Positions 8,931 through 17,600 are shown, counted from the stretch's first letter. The stretch is DNA of 58,698 nucleotides from a virus (IMGVR_UViG_3300043173_000778:1-58698); one strand, 5' to 3'. Notes: generated by a model not told the origin, from the sequence alone. Numbers and translations are program-made.

Positions 8931-9158
8931 ATGGAAATATCCATAGATGAATATAATAAAAAATACAAAAACGCCTTCCCGGCTGATTATTCAAAATATT
9001 ACAACAACGAATACGGCGACTACGGAGCGCAAAAAATAGATATTTTTAAAAGCCTTGGGGTGGTTATAATAACGCTGATCGTTCATGGAGATTTTAGGCG
9101 CGTTCAGAAAACGTTTGAGGAATTGGGAATGCGATCCGCCACTCAGACAAGATTTTAA
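8931..9158 (+). CDS. hypothetical protein flanked by 24-bp direct repeats
   Basis: ORF; repeats at 8909-8932 and 9138-9161. Confidence 0.55.
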   Translation: MEISIDEYNKKYKNAFPADYSKYYNNEYGDYGAQKIDIFKSLGVVIITLIVHGDFRRVQKTFEELGMRSATQTRF

Positions 9159-9166
9159 AATAAAAT

Positions 9167-10168
9167 ATGTGGATACTACCAAAATGCCAAGAATACTCTC
9201 GCTTTGCTCAGGATACGGGGGAATCGAAATTGGTCTTGAAAGAATCTTTGGAAAAATTTCCACACTCGCTTATGTGGAAATCGAAGCCTATGCCACTGCG
9301 GTCCTGGTTGATAAAATGGAAGCGGGGCGGCTGGCTCCGGCGCCTATCTGGACGGATATTAAAACATTCAATGCAAAAATCTTTCGAGGAGCGGTTGATA
9401 TCCTTTGTGGAGGTTATCCTTGTCAACCGTTCAGCGCGGCCGGAAAGCGGAAAGGAAAAAAAGACCCGCGCCACTTGTGGCCGCATATCCAAAGAATTAT
9501 CAAAGAATGCCAGCCGAGATATTGCTTTTTTGAAAACGTCGAAGGTCATATCAGCCTGGGATTGGAGGCGGTTTTATCCGACCTGGGAAAACTTGGTTAC
9601 AGAGTTGAGGCGGGAATATTCTCTGCGACTGAGGTCGGCGCTCCTCATCAAAGAAAAAGAGTTTTTATCCTGGCCAACTCCAGCTACCAAAATGCTAGAT
9701 TGCCCATCGGAGAGATTGCGGAAAAATCCAAATTTAGAGGCGGCAATAAATGGCCAGCAAGACCAGGACAACCACAATACGAATGGGAAGAACCAAGAAC
9801 AATCATGGATGACACCTGAAGCTCAAAATCATACAGGTTATCAGATAAGCAACGGAAAGAAAATTTTAAGATTAGGTAGCCAGATACTAGTCTGGCCGAG
9901 TCCCCGCACTGGAAAAACATCAAGCCCGACAAGCAATCACAAATGTCCTGAAGAAATCTATAAACATAGACTTAATCCGGACTGGGCAGAACAACTCACA
10001 GGGCTTCCCGTCGGCTGGACTCAGTTAAGCGACGCCAAATCCGGCGAAAACCGAATAGACAGGCTTCGACTCCTGGGCAACGGAGTTGTCCCGCAAACGG
10101 CGGAAAAAGCTTTTAGAGTTTTATTTGAGAAAATTCAAAAGCCAAAAGATGAGCAAATAACTTTTTAA
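9167..10168 (+). CDS. C5 methyltransferase second subunit (WPTP repeats, motifs IX-X), overlapping in +1 frame
   Basis: WPTP/WMTP/WPSP, LNPDWAEQLTGLPVGWT, RIDRLRLLGNGVVPQ. Confidence 0.8.
   Translation: MWILPKCQEYSRFAQDTGESKLVLKESLEKFPHSLMWKSKPMPLRSWLIKWKRGGWLRRLSGRILKHSMQKSFEERLISFVEVILVNRSARPESGKEKKTRATCGRISKELSKNASRDIAFLKTSKVISAWDWRRFYPTWENLVTELRREYSLRLRSALLIKEKEFLSWPTPATKMLDCPSERLRKNPNLEAAINGQQDQDNHNTNGKNQEQSWMTPEAQNHTGYQISNGKKILRLGSQILVWPSPRTGKTSSPTSNHKCPEEIYKHRLNPDWAEQLTGLPVGWTQLSDAKSGENRIDRLRLLGNGVVPQTAEKAFRVLFEKIQKPKDEQITF
9184..9819 (+). CDS. C5-cytosine DNA methyltransferase, subunit with motifs I-VIII
   Basis: LSLCSGYGG, GGYPCQPFS, FFENV, PHQRKRVF; lacks motifs IX-X. Confidence 0.9.
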   Translation: MPRILSLCSGYGGIEIGLERIFGKISTLAYVEIEAYATAVLVDKMEAGRLAPAPIWTDIKTFNAKIFRGAVDILCGGYPCQPFSAAGKRKGKKDPRHLWPHIQRIIKECQPRYCFFENVEGHISLGLEAVLSDLGKLGYRVEAGIFSATEVGAPHQRKRVFILANSSYQNARLPIGEIAEKSKFRGGNKWPARPGQPQYEWEEPRTIMDDT

Positions 10169-10177
10169 ATTTTTCGC

Positions 10178-10206
10178 TTGACTAAACCGTCGACCTTAAT
10201 TAGTCT
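10178..10206 (+). promoter_or_regulatory. sigma70-type promoter
   Basis: TTGACT, 17 nt, TAGTCT. Confidence 0.6.
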
Positions 10207-10211
10207 TAATC

Positions 10212-10277
10212 TAGGGTTCAGTTTTAGTTCTCCTTATTAGGGAAATGGCGCGGCATTCACCATTTCCCTATTTTTTT
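10212..10277 (+). ncRNA. candidate ~65-nt sRNA with anti-SD sequence
   Basis: lies between promoter and terminator; no ORF; contains TTCTCCTTA. Confidence 0.45.
10238..10277 (+). terminator. intrinsic terminator
   Basis: TAGGGAAATGG/CCATTTCCCTA 11-bp stem followed by T7. Confidence 0.85.
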
Positions 10278-10300
10278 AAACCTCTTTATTGAGGCTCAAC

Positions 10301-10522
10301 ATGGCTAAAAAAACAGTGTCCTTCAGTTTGCCGGCGTGGCTCGTAAATCTTTTCATAAATGAACACATTAAATATCCTGGATCAAAAAGCGAATGGGCGG
10401 AGGCCATCTTTAAGCCAGCTCTGGCTTGCATTTCAGAACACGGATTTGATGAGTTTGTGAAGCGTTTAAGGGCCGGAATCAGGACCGAAAACTTCGAGGA
10501 TCACAGTGGAAGCGGGGCTTAG
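10301..10522 (+). CDS. ribbon-helix-helix-like regulator
   Basis: KKTVSFSLPAWL...SKSEW; GAGG RBS. Confidence 0.5.
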   Translation: MAKKTVSFSLPAWLVNLFINEHIKYPGSKSEWAEAIFKPALACISEHGFDEFVKRLRAGIRTENFEDHSGSGA

Positions 10523-10647
10523 ATGGAAGAATAGCGCTGGATTTATCTTATTGTTTTGTATGTATTTGTATGTATTTTTGATGCCAAAAACATAAAAAGA
10601 GCGCTTTCCTGATGTCAGGAAAATGGGCATAGCATAAAGGAGTAAAA

Positions 10648-11010
10648 ATGAAATACAGATGGATGACTTTTACAAAAAAAGCCGATCACAACGACGGCGA
10701 ACGTTTTAACGCGCTTCCCCTGGAAATGCGCCGCTTCGGTATACCTAAAACGGAGGACGACTTTTTTATCCATTCCCGAATGTTTGACGGCAGCAAAATA
10801 GACCTGGCATTCAGGGATATTTCCTATCTGAGCCACGGAGACGCTTTCTATTTCTCCCTCAATGAATTGATCGGACACGAGGCGATTGCGGGAGTGCCGC
10901 TTCGGGGGGAAATGATGAAGCTCAGGAAGAAATTATTTTACGTGCTACGACGCGACAAAAGGCGCATAAATGAAAAAATTATCAATAAAAAGGATAAAAG
11001 ATTTCTGTAA
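10648..11010 (+). CDS. hypothetical protein
   Basis: AAGGAG RBS. Confidence 0.65.
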   Translation: MKYRWMTFTKKADHNDGERFNALPLEMRRFGIPKTEDDFFIHSRMFDGSKIDLAFRDISYLSHGDAFYFSLNELIGHEAIAGVPLRGEMMKLRKKLFYVLRRDKRRINEKIINKKDKRFL

Positions 11011-11173
11011 TTACAGAAAGCTTCCCCGTGGACACATTGGCGGATGCGCTGATTGTTATTACAACATAATAGACTCAGTTGACCCAAAAACGGGAATGAA
11101 TACCACGTGCTGGAGTCACAATTTTACTATGCGCGATGGCTGGACATGCCGCGATTTTGAAGAAAGGAAATAA
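10970..11173 (+). CDS. small Cys-rich protein
   Basis: CADC...C...C. Confidence 0.5.
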   Translation: MKKLSIKRIKDFCNYRKLPRGHIGGCADCYYNIIDSVDPKTGMNTTCWSHNFTMRDGWTCRDFEERK

Positions 11174-11208
11174 TTGACCATTTTGTTGGAGTCGACAAAT
11201 GGTCAATC
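11173..11208. terminator. hairpin (terminator or RNA-stability element)
   Basis: ATTGACCATTT...AAATGGTCAAT. Confidence 0.45.
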
Positions 11209-11238
11209 GTTTGGAATTAGTTTTAAGAGGATAACGAT

Positions 11239-11562
11239 ATGAAAAACGAAGAATTACTTATAATTAGCGAGCCTAAAAACAATCCCCGCTATGGATGTCG
11301 GACGTTAATTGAGAAAGTCGAGGCTTATAGATTGTCGGACGGAGAACTGATTGAAGGCCGGGAAATAGCTTTAGAATACCAAAGAAAGTTAGATGATAAG
11401 CAAATAATAGACGCGATTATTAAGCGTTATTTAATGCCATTTAACGCCTGTTTAATTGAAGGAGACGGAACGATTCAAATTGAATCAACAGAAGTGGTGT
11501 CTTTCTGGGCTGTGAAGCAACTTTTGTATTCCTGCAAAGAGTGGATTAAGGAGGTTGCGTAA
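11239..11562 (+). CDS. hypothetical protein
   Basis: GAGG RBS. Confidence 0.6.
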   Translation: MKNEELLIISEPKNNPRYGCRTLIEKVEAYRLSDGELIEGREIALEYQRKLDDKQIIDAIIKRYLMPFNACLIEGDGTIQIESTEVVSFWAVKQLLYSCKEWIKEVA

Positions 11563-11744
11563 TGTTTTGCAAACATGCCTGGAAAATACTAAGCGAGGAA
11601 ACGACTAAAAGCAGAGTTGAGGTATGCCAGGAATCCGGAGTTTTAAAACTAAGCAATCTTTGTGATGCTGTTGATAGAAAGTTTATTCAAATAGTCACAT
11701 GTCAAAAATGCGGCAAGTTGAAGAGGTTTGTGGAGGATATATGA
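11562..11744 (+). CDS. small Zn-binding protein
   Basis: CKHAW...CQKCGK; AAGGAGG RBS. Confidence 0.6.
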   Translation: MFCKHAWKILSEETTKSRVEVCQESGVLKLSNLCDAVDRKFIQIVTCQKCGKLKRFVEDI

Positions 11745-12139
11745 ATAATTACAATGACAGACTAAAAAGCGAGCCTATGTTTGACGGTTTTAAGGTAGGT
11801 GTGCAATTAAATGACTCATGGATAGTCACTAAAGGAGTTTTTATCACCCATGATGATAAAAAATATATCATAGAAAAAGATGTTATTTTGAGTGTTAAAC
11901 AAGTTAAAAATTCATATAGTTATATATATTTAGACAATAAAAGCACCCCTCCTAAACCTGAGTTTTTTCATGATTTAAAAGAACCAGAATGGTCAAAAAA
12001 AAATAAAGGGTGGTTTTGTGGCAAACACCGTTTAATTGGACTCATCCCGCCGGTGGGACTAAGTTTTATTGAGCATAGAGCGACGGAGCCTATTTTACCC
12101 CAAAGTAATATTTTTGTTGACACCTTTAATAATGAATAA
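11741..12139 (+). CDS. hypothetical protein (AT-rich)
   Basis: GGAGG RBS before ATG 11741. Confidence 0.55.
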   Translation: MNNYNDRLKSEPMFDGFKVGVQLNDSWIVTKGVFITHDDKKYIIEKDVILSVKQVKNSYSYIYLDNKSTPPKPEFFHDLKEPEWSKKNKGWFCGKHRLIGLIPPVGLSFIEHRATEPILPQSNIFVDTFNNE

Positions 12140-12252
12140 AAAATGAGTGAATATTTTGACCCTTACGGAACCTGGAATAGCCATTATCCGGTTAACGATA
12201 ACGGATTAACCGCAAGCGAGCGGATTGAAATTGAAAAACCAGAGGAGGAATA

Positions 12253-12465
12253 ATGGGCAGCTTTTGGTCGTATAAAGATGGCGAAATGACAGTAGGAAAC
12301 GAAGAGGCGGACGGATGCGCTTGGTATATATCCCTTGAATTACGCGATGGCGAAAAGTTTTGTTTTAAATTGTACGAAATACCAATATTTGGAGGCAAGC
12401 CGATGTTTGTTGAAAAATACGAAGTTTTCGACGACGCGCTTGATAGAGCTAAAGAGTTAACTTGA
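12253..12465 (+). CDS. hypothetical protein
   Basis: GAGGAGG RBS. Confidence 0.6.
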   Translation: MGSFWSYKDGEMTVGNEEADGCAWYISLELRDGEKFCFKLYEIPIFGGKPMFVEKYEVFDDALDRAKELT

Positions 12466-12481
12466 GCTTTTAATATTTCTG

Positions 12482-12528
12482 TTGACAATATAGTTACCTA
12501 TAATATTAAATAGTATTTATATTGTCAA
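12482..12528. promoter_or_regulatory. 11-bp inverted repeat formed by face-to-face -35 boxes
   Basis: TTGACAATATA (12482-92) / TATATTGTCAA (12518-28); minus-strand -10 TATTAT at 17 nt. Confidence 0.6.
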
Positions 12529-12545
12529 TTTTAACCAAAGGACTA

Positions 12546-12779
12546 ATGGACACGCCAATTAAAATTAAAAAAGAGCTTGTTGTTAGGGTAGACCAACAAG
12601 CTGATGAATTCAGATTAGGAACACGCCAAAATTTAGCGAATACGCTTATTAGGAAGGGATTGGATTTTTTAGAGACTAATGGATATGAGGCACTCCTTAA
12701 GATTCCGTCTATCGGCGGCAGAATAGAAACTTTTATTGACGGGAAGAAGTGTGGCTCAAAAAAACCACTTTCAGATTAA
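12546..12779 (+). CDS. small regulator, RHH-like
   Basis: PIKIKKELVVRVD...TRQNLANTLIRKGL; AAGGA RBS. Confidence 0.5.
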   Translation: MDTPIKIKKELVVRVDQQADEFRLGTRQNLANTLIRKGLDFLETNGYEALLKIPSIGGRIETFIDGKKCGSKKPLSD

Positions 12780-13728
12780 TAGACGCCTTTTTGAGCATCC
12801 GCTTTGGCTTGAGGAGCCTTTTACAAAAGGCCAGGCTTGGGTTGATTTAATCGGGAGCGCGAATTATAAAGATGGGTATTTTATTAAAAAAGGTCAGCGA
12901 GTAGATGTGGCGCGCGGGCAATCTGGAACCTCGATGTTGACTTTTGCTAAACGTTGGCAGTGGTCGAGAGGAAAAGTAAAACGGTTCTTTGTCTTCCTTG
13001 AAAAAGAGCAAATGATAGCACAACAGACGGGACACCTAACCACGCTTGTAAGTATTTGCAATTACGACGTTTATCAACTCGATACGAATGATGCCGGTAC
13101 AACTGATAAGACATCTGACGGACATCTGACGGACATCGAACGGACATCTGACGGGACACATCCAATAAGAATTAAAAAAGAATCTAATAAGAATAAAAAA
13201 GGACCTAATAATACTCTGGACGAAAAAAACTCTACTCCAAAGAGGATTATTGAATTACTCAACAAGACGTGTGATAAAAATTTCAATACTCAGACAGAAG
13301 CCCACAGGAAGGCGATTAAAGCTCGACTCTCTGAGGGGCATACGTTTGAGGACTTCAAGACAGTGATAGAGTTTAAAAACCAGGACTGGACGAAAGACTC
13401 TGTTTTCACTCACCAGGACGGCAAGACCAAGAAAGCCAGAGGCTACCTTCAGCCCTCAACCCTTTTTAGTAGTAAGAATTTTGATAAATACCTCAACGAG
13501 GCCAGCTCTTCGGGATTTGTTAAATCCAAAAACCTAAAATCCAGAGAAGAGGTCGAGGCTATCCTGAAAACAGCCCTCAAGGAGAAAACCGAGGATGCTA
13601 CTTTTAGAGTAATAAAAGAGCTTGATCCTGAGATATACACAGTTGTCAGAAACAAATGCCAGTTGTTTTTCCTGAACAGGGAATCCGGTTTTGGTGTGAT
13701 TTATACAAACTATACGGATCAAAAATGA
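12751..13728 (+). CDS. phage replication initiator (lambda O/DnaD-like) with conserved phage C-terminal domain
   Basis: QAWVDLIGSAN...RGQ...AKRWQWSRGKVKRF...ICNYDVYQ; C-terminal YLQPSTLF; internal iterons; upstream of DnaB. Confidence 0.85.
   Translation: MAQKNHFQINRRLFEHPLWLEEPFTKGQAWVDLIGSANYKDGYFIKKGQRVDVARGQSGTSMLTFAKRWQWSRGKVKRFFVFLEKEQMIAQQTGHLTTLVSICNYDVYQLDTNDAGTTDKTSDGHLTDIERTSDGTHPIRIKKESNKNKKGPNNTLDEKNSTPKRIIELLNKTCDKNFNTQTEAHRKAIKARLSEGHTFEDFKTVIEFKNQDWTKDSVFTHQDGKTKKARGYLQPSTLFSSKNFDKYLNEASSSGFVKSKNLKSREEVEAILKTALKEKTEDATFRVIKELDPEIYTVVRNKCQLFFLNRESGFGVIYTNYTDQK
13110..13153 (+). repeat. 4 x 11-bp iterons (GACATCTGACG), probable replication origin
   Basis: tandem copies at 13110, 13121, 13132 (variant), 13143 followed by an A-rich tract. 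Confidence 0.8.
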
Positions 13729-14237
13729 AGCAAATATTTTTTAAATTATACGGATGGCTTTTTGTGCGGCCAAGAAGATGGTTTTTTAAAAAGATGGCAA
13801 ATGCTTGTTGTCTTAGAATTTTGCCTGTTAAAGATTTTTTTAATCATTGGCATTTTTCAAATATCCATTGGTGGATTTTATATAAAACAGTTTTTCGATT
13901 TTTTGAAGTTTTAGACGATTCTTGGAGGTATTTTTGTGTATGTGAAAATGGATTGTTAAAATATAAATCATTCATAGCGTGGATTATTCATCGAATTGGA
14001 AGCACCACCATTGGGTATGTAATGCGCAAAGGGGAATGCTTTCATTGCGCGAGCGTGGAAGGAGACCCCGTTGAATTAAGTATGGACGAAACAGGTAAAT
14101 TTTTTAAAGTAGGAAAAACTTGGGAAGTAGGAAAAATTTCGGTGGATGCTACGGAAAATGGCATCGAGTATGGATTTGACGGGATAACGATTTGCCCAAA
14201 ATGCGGGTATGAACAATTTTATGAAGCTAGTTCTTAA
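13725..14237 (+). CDS. hypothetical protein with two CxxC pairs
   Basis: ATGA overlap; CFHC...CPKC. Confidence 0.6.
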   Translation: MKQIFFKLYGWLFVRPRRWFFKKMANACCLRILPVKDFFNHWHFSNIHWWILYKTVFRFFEVLDDSWRYFCVCENGLLKYKSFIAWIIHRIGSTTIGYVMRKGECFHCASVEGDPVELSMDETGKFFKVGKTWEVGKISVDATENGIEYGFDGITICPKCGYEQFYEASS

Positions 14238-14247
14238 CGGAGCAAAA

Positions 14248-15555
14248 ATGAATCAAGATGACAGTTTACGAACCGAGCGCGCCTTGCTTGGCTTTTTGAT
14301 TTACGAGCAAAAAGCCCTAGCTTTGGTCAAGCCGATTATTAGCCGCATTTCCTATTTTACCGCTCCGGCGCATGGGATAATCTACACTGCGATGCTTGAC
14401 CTGGAGGAGCAAAAATATGACGAGCTGATAATAGGCAGCCATCTTAAAAAACACGATAAACTTAAGGCAATAGGAGGTTACAGCTATCTTGCGGAATTAC
14501 TTGAATGCGCTCCGGCGGCTTGCAATATAGTTTATTACGCCAAACTGATTAGGCAAGAGTATCATGTTAAAAAGTCCTCCTTGGTCGCGGCCGGTCTCCA
14601 GCAGTCGTTAAAAAATGAAAAAATCTCAGCTTACGATTTAGTTAGCCAAACCATTGAGGATTTACAAAAGCTCCAGGCCGAATTAGGGGAGCAAGCAAAA
14701 CGGGTCCGCTCCGTCGCTGAATTAATGCCGATTGTGTACAAGGAAATGGAGGACACGTCGGACGGAAAAATTACCCCAGCGCTCTCAACGGGATTTGACA
14801 ATCTGGACGCCTATTTAGGCGGAGGACTTCGCCCGGCTGAATTTGTAATTTTGGCAGCTCGGCCGGGTGTGGGCAAAACTTCGCTAGTCGTTAATATCGC
14901 AAATAATCTTTCGCCGAAGGAAAAAGTTTTGTTTATTTCCTTGGAAACCACCGGCGAATTGTTGACGCTTTGTCGGTTATTGCCGATAAATTCAGGCGTA
15001 TCCTCAACAGCTCTCAGGTCTCCCAAAAATATGACAGCCGACGACTGGAATAAAGTTAGCGAGGCAAGTAGTCGGCTTGGAACTTATAATAATTTTAAAA
15101 TATGCGATCAGTCGGGAATGAATATTGAGGATGTTGAGGCGTTGGTAGGCCAGGAAATGAAACTAGGCGGAGTTCGGCTGTTGATTGTCGATTACCTACA
15201 GCTACTCGGATCAAGGACGCGTTTCAAACAGCGAGAGGAGCGAGTTTCTCATATTTCCAAAAAACTATCTGATTTGATTAAAAAACATAACCTTTGTTCG
15301 ATAATCTGCGCCCAACTAAACAGGGAGCTGGAAAAAACCAATCGTCGGCCGGTTATTGCCGATCTCAGAGAATCGGGCCAGCTTGAGCAAGACGCCGATA
15401 TAATCTTGCTTGGATACAGAGATAAAACCGACCAGGACGCGCCGACTTTAATAGAGATTGCCAAAAACCGCAACGGAGCGACAGGCGACGCCGAACTTTT
15501 CTTCAACAAGCGTACAACTAATTTTCGGGAGCGAGGAGACTCGGTTAATTTTTAA
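14248..15555 (+). CDS. dnaB: replicative DNA helicase, DnaB family
   Basis: ERALLG, STGFDNLD, AARPGVGKT, IVDYLQL, QLNR, DLRESGQLEQDAD, IAKNRNG. Confidence 0.95.
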   Translation: MNQDDSLRTERALLGFLIYEQKALALVKPIISRISYFTAPAHGIIYTAMLDLEEQKYDELIIGSHLKKHDKLKAIGGYSYLAELLECAPAACNIVYYAKLIRQEYHVKKSSLVAAGLQQSLKNEKISAYDLVSQTIEDLQKLQAELGEQAKRVRSVAELMPIVYKEMEDTSDGKITPALSTGFDNLDAYLGGGLRPAEFVILAARPGVGKTSLVVNIANNLSPKEKVLFISLETTGELLTLCRLLPINSGVSSTALRSPKNMTADDWNKVSEASSRLGTYNNFKICDQSGMNIEDVEALVGQEMKLGGVRLLIVDYLQLLGSRTRFKQREERVSHISKKLSDLIKKHNLCSIICAQLNRELEKTNRRPVIADLRESGQLEQDADIILLGYRDKTDQDAPTLIEIAKNRNGATGDAELFFNKRTTNFRERGDSVNF

Positions 15556-15594
15556 TTGCGGCGATTTCGCCATAATTGCTTTTAAAGGGAAAAG

Positions 15595-16077
15595 ATGAGA
15601 GAGATTTTATTCAGAGGACAAACAGATGAAGGACATTGGGTTTATGGAGATTACTATGTTGACCGCGAAGAAGGAATAAATTATATCAGGGAATTTATTA
15701 ATGATGCTGGGAATGGAATTGATGATCCGCCATGCACTTATCAAAAAGATTACGCAGTTAACGTTAAAACCGTCACTCAATACATCGGCCTCAATGACTG
15801 CAAAGGTAAAAAGATTTTTGACGGGGACATTACTGAGTATCAATTTAAGAAAAAAACAAGAATTGGCGATGGGAAAAGAGTTGAATCGCCTGGCTTTCAG
15901 CGGCATGAAATAAGTTTTTACAGGGGATGTTTTTGCCACAGGATCATTAAACCGAAAAAATCATATTTCTATAAATTGCCACCGGATTGGGATTCGCTGT
16001 TTCATAAAGACACTCAAAAATTTTTAACAATCGTCGGCAATAAATTTGAAAACCCAGAACTTTTAACAAAAGGATAA
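15595..16077 (+). CDS. YopX-family protein
   Basis: MREILFRG...WVYG...QYIGLNDCKGKKIFDGDI...IVGNKFENPELL. Confidence 0.9.
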   Translation: MREILFRGQTDEGHWVYGDYYVDREEGINYIREFINDAGNGIDDPPCTYQKDYAVNVKTVTQYIGLNDCKGKKIFDGDITEYQFKKKTRIGDGKRVESPGFQRHEISFYRGCFCHRIIKPKKSYFYKLPPDWDSLFHKDTQKFLTIVGNKFENPELLTKG

Positions 16078-16079
16078 AA

Positions 16080-16637
16080 ATGACTAAGAAAATGGATTAC
16101 TACGACGTTCAACGCGAGGCGGCGGGGACTGATAGGAAAGTGAGATATAAGGATGGCTCCTGGTTTGTCTGCCAGCCATTTAGCGGCCTCTATACTAAAA
16201 ACTCCGATCCAGCTGAAACTTTTCGTCCTACAATTGAGCAAATGAATGAAAAGGAATGGGAGGTTGAGCCGGAGAAGCCGGTTTTTGTTTGGTTGTCTTG
16301 TGAAAATACCGGCGAAAGTAGGCTTCACGACAAAAAACCAACTGGCAGCCTCAATAATTGGTGTACTAAGGATATGACTAATTATTTAAAGATTGAACAA
16401 AAAAATCTTGTCCCCCAAGACAAGCCTCAAAAATTTCGCCTTGTCCCCGCCGATCAATCAGCGGGGATTCCCTGGAAAAAGTTTGACGCTAAGAAGATAC
16501 CGGAAAAGGTATTTGATTTTTTAGCATTATTTGGAAGTGGACACATGGTTGTTTTGGAACAGAAATGTACGGGGGATTGGGATGACGAAGATATTGAATA
16601 TTATTGCCCCGTTGATGAAATCCCGACGCCGAAATAA
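16080..16637 (+). CDS. hypothetical protein
   Basis: AAGGA RBS. Confidence 0.6.
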   Translation: MTKKMDYYDVQREAAGTDRKVRYKDGSWFVCQPFSGLYTKNSDPAETFRPTIEQMNEKEWEVEPEKPVFVWLSCENTGESRLHDKKPTGSLNNWCTKDMTNYLKIEQKNLVPQDKPQKFRLVPADQSAGIPWKKFDAKKIPEKVFDFLALFGSGHMVVLEQKCTGDWDDEDIEYYCPVDEIPTPK

Positions 16638-17093
16638 ATGAATAGGTTTACTGAGGAGCAATTAGTCCAAATCTTAAAAAATGGATATTGCTCTGTAAGC
16701 GGGAGTCTGCCTAAGCTCAAAAAAGCGGGGCGCGTTAATAGCCATAAAATTGAAATAGATGGCTATTTATTCGACTCCAAATCAGAAGCTTTAATTTATT
16801 CTGAATACAAAATTGATCCCGATGTTGAGATTTTAGAGCTTCAGCCGCGATTTATCCTTTTAACGCCGTTTAAACGCAAAAATAAGTCTTATAGAGGGAT
16901 AACCTATAAGGCCGATTTTGTAATCAGCGTTGGCGGCGATAATTGGGTTGTTGAAGTTAAATCCAAGGGGACACTAAAGGCAAATTCCAAAAATTACCCT
17001 ATGCGCCGGAAACTTTTTTTGAATAAATTTCCTGATCTGAATTTTCGGGAAATTATTTTCGACGGCAAGCAAAGAACGGAAATTGATTATTAA
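16638..17093 (+). CDS. DUF1064-like PD-(D/E)XK nuclease
   Basis: IDGYLFDSKSEA...LELQPRF...ITYKADF...VVEVK. Confidence 0.8.
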   Translation: MNRFTEEQLVQILKNGYCSVSGSLPKLKKAGRVNSHKIEIDGYLFDSKSEALIYSEYKIDPDVEILELQPRFILLTPFKRKNKSYRGITYKADFVISVGGDNWVVEVKSKGTLKANSKNYPMRRKLFLNKFPDLNFREIIFDGKQRTEIDY

Positions 17094-17101
17094 GTTTTGA
17101 G

Positions 17102-17344
17102 ATGGTAAAATATAAATGTTCTGAATGTGGTGATGTTTTCTTTGAAGATAAAATATTAAAAACTAAGAACCCGTTTGGATCCGATGAAGTTTGCTGGGGT
17201 TGCCCGACTTGCAAAAGCGTTGATCAACTCGACGAGGTTTGCGACGAAACGGGATGTTGTGAAGTTTCAACTTGCGGATTTCCTATTAAAAAAGGATACC
17301 GCAGAACATGCGGAGAACACTGCGGGGAGTACAATAATGGCTGA
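17102..17344 (+). CDS. Zn-finger-like Cys-rich protein
   Basis: CSEC...CPTC...C..CC..C..CGEH. Confidence 0.6.
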   Translation: MVKYKCSECGDVFFEDKILKTKNPFGSDEVCWGCPTCKSVDQLDEVCDETGCCEVSTCGFPIKKGYRRTCGEHCGEYNNG

Positions 17345-17600
17345 TTTCAAAGATCACTGGAGCAAGAAAATTAGAAAAAACGGCAGAGCCGGCAAAGGAA
17401 AACGCCATCCCGGCTATAGCCGTGAGTATTTGGAAAAATCTATGGAGGAGTATAAAAAAGCCGGCGGAAAAATTACTGTGATGGGCAAGATAGGCGGATA
17501 TCCGCCGTTTATAACCGGGGGAGCTGATATGTTTTTGTTCGGCGGAAAAGACAGCGATGGAGCTTATGTAAGCCACCGGCCTAAGAATAGGATTTATTAA
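17337..17600 (+). CDS. hypothetical protein
   Basis: GGAG RBS before ATG 17337. Confidence 0.55.
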   Translation: MADFKDHWSKKIRKNGRAGKGKRHPGYSREYLEKSMEEYKKAGGKITVMGKIGGYPPFITGGADMFLFGGKDSDGAYVSHRPKNRIY

